Below are positions 56,425 to 64,000 of a stretch of 64,000 nucleotides of DNA, piece after piece (within the stretch, counting starts at the first letter, position 1; each line of letters opens with the position of its first letter). The DNA is from Patescibacteria group bacterium (GTDB taxonomy: Bacteria; Patescibacteriota; Patescibacteriia; Patescibacteriales; UBA12465). The notes beneath the pieces are model-generated. The model was not told where the DNA came from. It was given only the letters and a program-made list of their open reading frames with translations, and did not search any database. The stretch covers positions 82,441 through 146,440 of the forward strand of contig JBAZJR010000003.1 in the NCBI GenBank assembly GCA_041651195.1, written 5' to 3'. The translations under genes and the position numbers were made by a program.

Positions 56425-58362
56425 ATGAAAAAAAGCATTAACATCACCCTGAACGGCTTAGTCTTCAGCTTGGAGGAAGACGCTTATGAAAAACTACAGG
56501 CCTATCTGGATTCTATCAAGGAGTATTATGAAGCGCCGGAAGAAGGGAAAGAGATTTTGGCTGACATCGAGTCGAGCATCGCTGAAAAATTCGGTCAGAA
56601 ATTGAAATCAGCCAAGCAGGCGATCACGTTGGCCGATGTCGCGGAAGTCATCAAGGTCATGGGAACGGTGGCGGAGATTACGGAGTCGGAGGAAACCAGC
56701 CAGCCGGCAGCCGTAGAATCAAGCCGTTCAGCGCCAGAAACGCCGCTTTCCAAGAAAAGACTGTATCGCGATCCTGATGACGTCATTATCGCCGGCGTCG
56801 CCTCCGGCATCGCCGCTTATTTTGGCATCGATCCGGTTTTTGTCCGCCTGATCTTTATCATCTTAGTCTTCGCTAATGGCCTAGGCGTCTTAGCTTATTT
56901 AATCTTTTGGATCGCGATGCCTAAAGCCGCGACCAACGCCCAGAAATTAGAGATGCGCGGTAAGCCGGTCAATCTGGCGGAAATCCAGCAGGCCGTCAAG
57001 GAAAAGTCTAAGACTATCGGCGCCGAAGGCCGGGACGCGCTCGGCCATCTGCGCCGGAATAATGCCGTGCGCCAGATCTTGGGTTTTCCCGTCCGGGTCG
57101 TGGAGGCGCTCTTCCTGTTTTTGAAAAATATCGGCCGCTTCCTTTTGCCGGCAATCAGTATATTTTTAGGCTTAGTCTTCCTGGCGGCCTCGCTCTTTAG
57201 CATCCTCGGCCTCAGTATCGCTTCCGCTCTGATGGTTTTCAATATCAATTCGCCTTATCTGGTCTCTGACTTGCCTTTAGCCGAGATTGCCAGCCAGCCC
57301 GGGTATTATGTCGGCGTCATCTCTTTATATGCGATCTGCGTCCTACCCTTGATCTTCTTATCCTCTTTGGGCCTGACGATGATCAGGCGAAAAAATTCTT
57401 TTAATCTAGTCGCCTCCAGCATCCTGATCGGGATCTGGATGGCCGCTATCGCCGTTTTCGTCGTAGCGGCGGTCGATCTTGTGCCGCTCGTCAAGACGCG
57501 GGTCGAGGAGATCAACCGCCAACAGGCAACCAGCCAAAGCTTTGCCTATCGAGATTTTAATAAATTATATCTGAGCGGTTACCAGGATATCAAGGTTGTC
57601 AAAGGGGATGATTTTGCGATCAATCTGTCCGGCCGGCCGGAAGACTTGGCTCGCCTATCGTTTAAGATCGAAGAGGGACAGCTGCAGGTGACGCAGCGCA
57701 GCCGGGAAAATAAAGGGATCTGCATTTTCTGTTTCGATAAGAAGATTAGCGGCGAGATCGTAATGCCGCGCCTAGACTCTTTCGTCGGCGTCAATCGTTC
57801 CGAGGCGGAGCTAAAAGGCTTTGATCAGGATATCTATATCAGTTTAGGGGAAACAGCCGAGGCCCGTTTGGAAATGCAGGGACAGAATCTGAACGGCAGC
57901 CTGAGCGGTCTGGGCAGCGAATTAAGGCTTAGCGGCACGGCTGATAGCCTAGATTTGAAGATGGACGGATCAGCGGAATTAGCTGCTGATGATCTGACGG
58001 CGCAAAAGATTAAATTGACCATGAGCGTCTTTAGCGAGGCTCGCCTGTCGGGGAGCGTGGCTGCATTGACGGCCGACTTGAAAGGGCATAGCGAGTTATT
58101 CGCGGATGACCTATCTGCCGGCCTGGTAAAAATCACCGCGCGCGACTTTTCTAGCGCCGACTTATGGGCGCGGGAAGCGTTAGAAGCGGAAACTTTTGAT
58201 AATGCTTCCGTAACTTATCGGGGCGGTCCTCAGAGCGTTCTGAAGCGATCGGCCGGACACAGTTCTATCATCGGCTGGTTCGACGAGGAGCGGTTAGATG
58301 AGCCAGAGAGCGGCGTTGACGGGAATGAACCAGTCACTTTTATTATTCCGCCGCAACAATAA
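56425..58362 (+). CDS. PspC-domain envelope stress protein with C-terminal DUF2807/GIN-like repeats
   Basis: EILADIE N-terminal domain; KRLYRDPDDVIIAGVASGIAAYFGID PspC motif; repeated beta-solenoid-like C-terminus. Confidence 0.85.
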   Translation: MKKSINITLNGLVFSLEEDAYEKLQAYLDSIKEYYEAPEEGKEILADIESSIAEKFGQKLKSAKQAITLADVAEVIKVMGTVAEITESEETSQPAAVESSRSAPETPLSKKRLYRDPDDVIIAGVASGIAAYFGIDPVFVRLIFIILVFANGLGVLAYLIFWIAMPKAATNAQKLEMRGKPVNLAEIQQAVKEKSKTIGAEGRDALGHLRRNNAVRQILGFPVRVVEALFLFLKNIGRFLLPAISIFLGLVFLAASLFSILGLSIASALMVFNINSPYLVSDLPLAEIASQPGYYVGVISLYAICVLPLIFLSSLGLTMIRRKNSFNLVASSILIGIWMAAIAVFVVAAVDLVPLVKTRVEEINRQQATSQSFAYRDFNKLYLSGYQDIKVVKGDDFAINLSGRPEDLARLSFKIEEGQLQVTQRSRENKGICIFCFDKKISGEIVMPRLDSFVGVNRSEAELKGFDQDIYISLGETAEARLEMQGQNLNGSLSGLGSELRLSGTADSLDLKMDGSAELAADDLTAQKIKLTMSVFSEARLSGSVAALTADLKGHSELFADDLSAGLVKITARDFSSADLWAREALEAETFDNASVTYRGGPQSVLKRSAGHSSIIGWFDEERLDEPESGVDGNEPVTFIIPPQQ

Positions 58363-58399
58363 TCTAATTACTAAGCGATAGCCGGGTATGAATAAAGTA

Positions 58400-58427
58400 T
58401 TGACGATTCGTGAGTATATGATAAACT
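58400..58427 (+). promoter_or_regulatory. sigma70 promoter
   Basis: TTGACG-16bp-TAAACT with TGn. Confidence 0.5.
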
Positions 58428-58497
58428 ACTTTGTTATCTAAATAGTTATTTTAAAACTCAAATCTATTATTTCTAAATAAAGAGGAGGCAATCTCTC

Positions 58498-59286
58498 ATG
58501 TGGTATTTAACGTATAAGCTTTTCCGTCCGATCCTGCCTGTTTCCGGCGGTTTGGCCGCCTGGATAGTTTCCCAAACCTGCGGGGCGGATTTTCAGTTGT
58601 CACTGGCCGCCGCCCTGACCGTCGCGTTTGGCACCATTGGCGCTAGTTTCTATCATTACGGCGGCGCAAACTGGATGTATGCGCGTAAATCAGAGCGTTT
58701 GCAATTCAAGGATCCGCAGGTAATAATGCTCATCGGCCTTGTCATCTTCAGCCTATCTATCGTCATAGCGGTGCAGTGGTTGCCGAAGCAATGCGTGTAT
58801 ATCGCTCTCTTCAATACTATCGCGGTAGCCGCCTATTCAGCTAAGTTATCCTCGCACTGGATAACGAAAAATCTGACCATGAGTCTGGTCTGCGCCACGC
58901 CGGTTGCCATCGGTTGGCAAGCCGGGCACTTGACTCACCCCATAGTCCCTTGGGCGCTCGCCATAGCGATGTTGGCCCATCTATCGCGGGAAATGATCAA
59001 GGATGTCAAGGATATCATCGCCAATAACGGCCGTCGGGTCACCCTGCCGATGGTGCTGGGAACCGATAGAGTCCTGCAGATCGCCGGCAGCCTACTGCTT
59101 ATTGTCGGCGTTATGATGATTTCTTTATTGCGCTTTACCGGAAATATATTTCAGCAGACTATGGTCGCTATAGCTGTAACCTTATTCGTTTTAACCGCTT
59201 GGCGCCTTATCCTCCGTAAGCAGGCCAGGCGAAGCGAGACCGTGATTACCTTCGGACTATTCTGTATTTTACTGGCTTTAGCGTAA
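58498..59286 (+). CDS. UbiA prenyltransferase superfamily protein (DGGGP synthase-like, degenerate)
   Basis: Multi-TM; AYSAKL..WITKN, REMIKDVKD...TLPMVLG. Confidence 0.7.
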   Translation: MWYLTYKLFRPILPVSGGLAAWIVSQTCGADFQLSLAAALTVAFGTIGASFYHYGGANWMYARKSERLQFKDPQVIMLIGLVIFSLSIVIAVQWLPKQCVYIALFNTIAVAAYSAKLSSHWITKNLTMSLVCATPVAIGWQAGHLTHPIVPWALAIAMLAHLSREMIKDVKDIIANNGRRVTLPMVLGTDRVLQIAGSLLLIVGVMMISLLRFTGNIFQQTMVAIAVTLFVLTAWRLILRKQARRSETVITFGLFCILLALA

Positions 59287-59303
59287 GCTCATTGTTAAGA
59301 CTT

Positions 59304-59331
59304 GATGACTGTTTTTAAAGGCAGTCATTTT
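59304..59331. terminator. Terminator between convergent genes
   Basis: ATGACTGTTTT/AAAGGCAGTCAT followed by T tract. Confidence 0.6.
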
Positions 59332-59373
59332 TATTTACTTTGTTTACAAAAACAGTTTCTATTAAAAGATATC

Positions 59374-60444
59374 TTAATTGGTCACCGACTTGCCTATCTG
59401 GTAGTTGGTAAAAAAAGTATCAGGGACATCTTCCACCTGCTTCGCCCAATTCGCGCCGTAATATTTAGCGGCGATCGCCGGCGTGATCATCAGACGGAGG
59501 GTGCCGTTTCGGTCAACGGCGTAGACCCGGGGGTCGGTCGTGATCTTCACTAATTTGATGCCCGGCCGATAGGTCACGTTGCCGCCCAGAGGGATCTTGC
59601 CCATATCTTCGGGCGTAATGGTCTGTACCGTAGAAAAATCTTTATACCAAGTCGCGTAAGTCTGGGCATTAGGGAAGACATAGCGTTTGCCATCTGAACC
59701 GCAGTAATAGACCGAAGAGAGCGCGGGTATCCGGATGAGTGATCCGGGCGTGCAATAGAGAGTTGTGGCCGGATTGACGATCAGGCCCTTATCGGAATTG
59801 ATGGTCGGACTGGCGGCCGTGGCCGTAGTCGGGTCGTAAGTATAGATTTTCAAAGCGGCATTTAGGTATTGGTATGGATTGATAGCGCTGCCGTCCGTCA
59901 GGCGGATTTCGAAATGGAGATGGGGGCTGGTCTCTTCGGCGTTGCCGGAATCACCGACCCAAGCGATGTGCTGGCCTTGGACAATGGTTGTGCCTTGGTT
60001 GATTCCGGGCGCGTAAGCATATAGCAGTCCGCCTTGGCCATCGTCAGTTCCGGGCGTGTCATTGTTGATATGGAGGTAGTTATATTTATAACCATCGTCG
60101 CCAGCAATAGAGATCATATAGCCGTAGCTAGGTTCGGTAAGCGAAGCGGAAATGATCCGGCCGCCCCGGGCCGCAACGATCGGCGTCATCTTAGGAGCCA
60201 TTAGATCATTACCTTCATGGACGCGCCCGCCGCTGCGCCCGTCGCCGAAATCATCGCTAAAATTGACGATGCCTTGTACCGGGAAAACTATATCCGGCGG
60301 TCCGGATATCGTGATAGAGGGGGCGTTATACCAGCCATAATCAGAATAGGGCTGTCCGTCCAGGGGATAATATTGCGCGTCAGCTAGGGAGGGAATCAAG
60401 AAGCTGAAAGCGATCAAGATATATAAAACATGGCGATTTTTCAT
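59374..60444 (-). CDS. Secreted M23 peptidase with C-terminal repeat domain
   Basis: Signal peptide MKNRHVLYILIAFSFLIPSLADA; HEGNDL (HxxxD), YLH, PHLHFEI; ATG at 60444. Confidence 0.9.
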   Translation of the reverse strand: MKNRHVLYILIAFSFLIPSLADAQYYPLDGQPYSDYGWYNAPSITISGPPDIVFPVQGIVNFSDDFGDGRSGGRVHEGNDLMAPKMTPIVAARGGRIISASLTEPSYGYMISIAGDDGYKYNYLHINNDTPGTDDGQGGLLYAYAPGINQGTTIVQGQHIAWVGDSGNAEETSPHLHFEIRLTDGSAINPYQYLNAALKIYTYDPTTATAASPTINSDKGLIVNPATTLYCTPGSLIRIPALSSVYYCGSDGKRYVFPNAQTYATWYKDFSTVQTITPEDMGKIPLGGNVTYRPGIKLVKITTDPRVYAVDRNGTLRLMITPAIAAKYYGANWAKQVEDVPDTFFTNYQIGKSVTN

Positions 60445-60611
60445 ATTTTTAAATTTATTGATTGGGTACTGAGCATAGCATTTTCTAGGGGGAATAGCTA
60501 TTATCCTGGTTTTGTATTTTGTTGACAAAAATAATGCGCGGTTCTTTTTTATATATTCAAAAATCGCCAATCCGGCGTTTTTTGTTAGAATATCATTAAG
60601 ACTAGCAGCTT

Positions 60612-62540
60612 ATGAATAATGGAAAAATTAAGACTAAAGGGAGTCTGCGTCTGCCCTTGATTATCGGCGCCCTAGGCATCGTTTTTGGCGATATTGGCAC
60701 ATCCCCACTATACGCTCTGAAAGAAACTTTTTTTGGCCTCCACCCCCTCGAGCGTAGCGCAGTTAATGTCCTAGGCGTCCTATCCCTGATTTTTTGGACT
60801 TTGATGGTGGTCGTTACGGTCAAGTATATTTTTTTGATCATGCGTGCCGATAACCGCGGCGAAGGCGGCATCTTTACTTTATTAGCCCTATTGCGGCGGG
60901 GCAAGGTTAAGAAGATTTTCGGCTTTAGCGTTACGGCCATCGTCTTGATCGGGGCGACCTTGCTTTACGGCGACGGGGTGATTACGCCGGCCATCTCCGT
61001 CTTATCGGCTGTCGAAGGCTTAGGCGTTTTGTCACCGGATCTGTCCCGCTATATCGTGCCGATCACGATCGCTCTCTTGATCGCTTTATTCGCTATCCAG
61101 AAAAAGGGAACGGGCAAAGTCGGCCGCTTATTCGGTCCGATCATGATCCTTTGGTTCGGAACCTTGATTTGGCTCGGCCTGCCCCAGATCATCAGGCACC
61201 CCCAGATCTTAGCGGCCTTGAATCCGCTCGCGGCCTATCATTTTATCCTCCAGCATTCTCTCGCCACTTTTTTTGTCCTGAGCTCCGTGGCTCTATGTAT
61301 CACCGGCTGCGAGGCGCTTTATGCTGATATGGGCCATTTTAACCGGCGCGCGATCACTTGGGCTTGGGCTGGCCTGGTTTATCCGGCGCTTATCATCAAT
61401 TATTTTGGCCAAGGCGCCCTGCTTTTGTCCGGCGCCCCGATCATTAATAATAATATTTTCTACGCCTTGGTTCCGTCTGGCGCCTTCTTGGGCGTCGTTG
61501 TCTTAGCTACGGCGGCGACGATAATCGCCAGCCAAGCTTTGATTTCCGGCGCCTATTCTTTGACCAGCCAGGCCATCGCTCTGGACCTTTTCCCGAAGAT
61601 CAAGATCATCCATACCAATCCCGAGATCGAGGGGCAGATCTATATCCCGTTTATGAATATGGCTTTAGCGCTCAGCTGCATCGCCCTAGTCTTAATCTTC
61701 AGGGCTTCCGGCGGACTGGCCGCCGCTTACGGGATCGCCGTCACTGGCACGATGATCATTACGACGCTGGTTTTTTACTCTATTATCCGTAATCTTTGGA
61801 AATGGCCGCTTTGGGCCGCTCTTCCGATTTTCGCATTTTTTATCATCATCGACTTATCTTTCTTTTCCGGCACGCTTTTGAAATTTTGGCACGGCGGTTT
61901 TGTGCCGATCATCATCGCCGCCGTCTTATTTTTAATCATGTCTACTTGGGATTGGGGAAAAGCCTTATCCCGCGCCGCCCACCTGGCTTTGCCCGGCTTA
62001 TCGGTAAATCGTTTAGCCGCCCAGCAGGCGGCGCAGTCGGGCGATCTTTTGAACCGCTCGGTCGTCGTTATGTCTTCGCGGCCGATCCTGATGAGCACGG
62101 ATCGCATTCCGGTCGCCCTAGATTCCTTTTTCGCGAAATGGGGAACAGCCGTTCCGAAGCATATTATTTTTTTGAATATTACTTTTTCAGACAGTCCGCG
62201 CGTCGCTAAAGCCGACCGCTATCAGATCCTCGATTTCCAGGCCGCCGCCATTCCGGGGAGCATTACTTCTATCCAGGCGATTTACGGTTATATGCAAACG
62301 CCGGATGTCCGTCGTATCTTATTGGAATTGAAGAAAGACGGCCGGATAAAAATTCCGACCGATCCCAAAAAATGGCTGATCCTTCTGGCGGTAGACCGCT
62401 TCGTGACCAGGCCGCGCCATCTGTTCAGGCGCCTCAAGGTCAAATTACTGAATTTAATTTCTGGCTACGCCAAGCCGGCTACGAGCTATTACGGGCTAGG
62501 GTATGACGATCAGGTTGATATAGAGATCATCAATATATAA
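60612..62540 (+). CDS. kup: KUP/HAK/KT potassium transporter
   Basis: ALGIVFGDIGTSPLY, RADNRGEGG, YGDGVITPAISV, EALYADMGHF. Confidence 0.97.
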   Translation: MNNGKIKTKGSLRLPLIIGALGIVFGDIGTSPLYALKETFFGLHPLERSAVNVLGVLSLIFWTLMVVVTVKYIFLIMRADNRGEGGIFTLLALLRRGKVKKIFGFSVTAIVLIGATLLYGDGVITPAISVLSAVEGLGVLSPDLSRYIVPITIALLIALFAIQKKGTGKVGRLFGPIMILWFGTLIWLGLPQIIRHPQILAALNPLAAYHFILQHSLATFFVLSSVALCITGCEALYADMGHFNRRAITWAWAGLVYPALIINYFGQGALLLSGAPIINNNIFYALVPSGAFLGVVVLATAATIIASQALISGAYSLTSQAIALDLFPKIKIIHTNPEIEGQIYIPFMNMALALSCIALVLIFRASGGLAAAYGIAVTGTMIITTLVFYSIIRNLWKWPLWAALPIFAFFIIIDLSFFSGTLLKFWHGGFVPIIIAAVLFLIMSTWDWGKALSRAAHLALPGLSVNRLAAQQAAQSGDLLNRSVVVMSSRPILMSTDRIPVALDSFFAKWGTAVPKHIIFLNITFSDSPRVAKADRYQILDFQAAAIPGSITSIQAIYGYMQTPDVRRILLELKKDGRIKIPTDPKKWLILLAVDRFVTRPRHLFRRLKVKLLNLISGYAKPATSYYGLGYDDQVDIEIINI

Positions 62541-62591
62541 ATTATTTAATATTAGAAAAAAAATAAATAGGACAGGATGTCCTATTTTTGT

Positions 62592-62620
62592 TTGACATAA
62601 ATAAATATTCGTGATAATAT
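62592..62620 (+). promoter_or_regulatory. sigma70 promoter
   Basis: TTGACA-17bp-TAATAT with TGn, just after the terminator hairpin AAATAGGAC/GTCCTATTT. Confidence 0.6.
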
Positions 62621-62718
62621 TTTTTATCAGTCCTTTGCCAAGATGTTTGGTTGCCAGCCGGGCTTATCTAGTTAGGTTATTCCGGCTGACAATCAAACTA
62701 ATAAAAAGGAAGAAGAAA

Positions 62719-63291
62719 ATGGAAAATTATCAGAACCCGGAATATTTTGACAGCATTTTAGAGGAAAAACGCCGCTTTTTCCAAAATGTGTTTGGGATAG
62801 AGCTGGCTGATTTCAGCGGCCTAAAATTACCGCTCCGGCCGGAAGGAGACCTTGCTTATGATCTCCTGATCAAGCCCCGAGGCTTGAATATGCAAGAAAT
62901 AATAAAGCTGAACCGCAGCGATTGTAAGATCATGGTCGATGCGCGGATCGATTTAGGCGCGATCGATATCCGGGCTGATGGATCAAAATATAAAACAAGC
63001 ATCGGCTGGATCATCGACAGTTTAAAGGCTGATTATGTCGGCAGCCATTCGCAGATGTCCCATCATGACACGGAGACGATATCCGATCGCCTGATCCACG
63101 GTCTCTTCGTCTATTATAAAACTCAGCGGCATCTGGATGAAATCCAGCCGACGATCACGAAGAGCTATATTATGCTCAAAGATCGCTATCCCCTAGTCGT
63201 TAAGTTCAGCGGCGGCGGCATGCTGGTAAGCTATCTGCCAAAAAACACTTTTGGCGGCGGGCGCATTGTCCGGGACCGGATTGAGTTTTGA
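62719..63291 (+). CDS. Hypothetical protein
   Basis: ATG at 62719 after AAAGGA; the track's GTG start falls inside the promoter. Confidence 0.65.
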   Translation: MENYQNPEYFDSILEEKRRFFQNVFGIELADFSGLKLPLRPEGDLAYDLLIKPRGLNMQEIIKLNRSDCKIMVDARIDLGAIDIRADGSKYKTSIGWIIDSLKADYVGSHSQMSHHDTETISDRLIHGLFVYYKTQRHLDEIQPTITKSYIMLKDRYPLVVKFSGGGMLVSYLPKNTFGGGRIVRDRIEF

Positions 63292-63311
63292 GCTGGTTTT
63301 ATCTTCAATAT

Positions 63312-63337
63312 AGCGTTGTTTATGACAACGCTTTTTT
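63312..63337 (+). terminator. Intrinsic terminator
   Basis: AGCGTTGT-ttatg-ACAACGCT followed by T tract. Confidence 0.75.
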
Positions 63338-63448
63338 ATTATTGAAAGCTTTGTCCGCTAGATCGGATAAAAGATATTTGAGCTTTGCCCTGATTTTTGT
63401 TATAATTTAAGAAAATGCGCTATATAAAAATAAAGATAAAAACTCATT

Positions 63449-63751
63449 ATGTTCAAAGAGTTGAAAATCGACAAGGTTAATTATTTCCTGTTCTTCATTT
63501 TTTTAACCTTGGTGCCGATCGCGATCATCCAGAGCTTGCTGGAAGCTCTGTATATAAAACAGATCTTAGCTCAAGGGCTCGTGCCGCAGACCTATCATTT
63601 TTTAGGAGTTAATTCCTATCTGTCTCCGATCGTCAAATCAGCGATGCTCCTGATCGGCATCGTTCTCGGCTATTCGATCGGCCGGAAGAACTGGCATCTG
63701 GTCGCGTCTGCTCAGCCCGCGCCGGTTAAGGCGAAGAAGAGCAAGAAATAA
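63449..63751 (+). CDS. Small two-TM membrane protein
   Basis: 100 aa, two hydrophobic segments, basic tail. Confidence 0.7.
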   Translation: MFKELKIDKVNYFLFFIFLTLVPIAIIQSLLEALYIKQILAQGLVPQTYHFLGVNSYLSPIVKSAMLLIGIVLGYSIGRKNWHLVASAQPAPVKAKKSKK

Positions 63752-63775
63752 GCATCGGCATATCAGGACCTGATA

Positions 63776-63852
63776 ACAGCCCCAGCCGCGGGCTGTTTTT
63801 GTTTGTCCGGTTGAGTGATAATAAAAAACCCCGATCTTAGTCGATCGGGGTT
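63776..63852. terminator. Pair of terminators between convergent genes
   Basis: AACAGCCC/GGGCTGTTTTT (+) and AAAAAACCCCGATC/GATCGGGGTT (-). Confidence 0.7.
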
Positions 63853-63856
63853 AGGT

Positions 63857-64000
63857 TCATGATAATATCAATTCTTCTCCTAATTTAGGGATTTGGATAT
63901 TTTTTAGCCAATATCCGTTACCGTCAGCAAGAGCATTGATTAGCTCCATCTTTAGGGACGCAGAACTCATTTCTTCGCCATGATTCAGGAAGATCTTTTT
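63857..64000 (-). CDS. 3' end of a metallo-beta-lactamase/beta-CASP RNA-metabolising hydrolase (partial)
   Basis: Manual translation KKIFLNHGEEMSSASLK...IQIPKLGEELILS*; FLxHGE is the RMMBL motif. Confidence 0.7.
   Translation of the reverse strand, partial: KKIFLNHGEEMSSASLKMELINALADGNGYWLKNIQIPKLGEELILS

Noticed and set aside
1-64000. CRISPR array, rRNA, introns/inteins or stop-codon reassignment
   Set aside because: No regularly spaced repeats or rRNA-like sequence seen; core genes are uninterrupted and TGA acts as a stop codon

Overview
Chromosomal window from a Candidate Phyla Radiation (Patescibacteria, Parcubacteria-like) bacterium using genetic code 11. Evidence for the assignment: no rpmD/L30 between rpsE and rplO, housekeeping starts mostly lacking Shine-Dalgarno sites, and short ComEC, DUF5663-like and DUF5671-like genes. 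The core part holds comEC, rpmB, the str/S10/spc ribosomal cluster through secY, map, yqgF, recO, archaeal-type aspS next to asnS, scpAB, dnaG-rpoD, tRNA-Asn and kup. Two accessory loci stand out. (1) 23.8-33.0 kb is a tandemly duplicated three-gene module: a ~58-aa coiled-coil protein missed by the ORF track, a ~100-aa DUF5663-like helical protein, and a 1085/1570-aa protein with coiled coils, Gly/Ala-rich hydrophobic segments and a variable C-terminus, one of which is a GT9 heptosyltransferase-like domain. It looks like a chaperone/adaptor plus polymorphic effector system. (2) 44.2-51.4 kb is a ~7.2-kb integrative element in tRNA-Asn(GTT), bounded by 21-bp att repeats. It carries a tyrosine integrase and a DGQHR + HEPN-like + adenine methyltransferase + GIY-YIG/DUF4357 operon, a candidate defence system. 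Other observations: an AcrVA2/FinQ-like orphan, sigma70 promoters embedded in coding sequence, a terminator/antiterminator switch before rplC and a degenerate UbiA-family protein. All family assignments come from motifs read by eye; no database searches were run.
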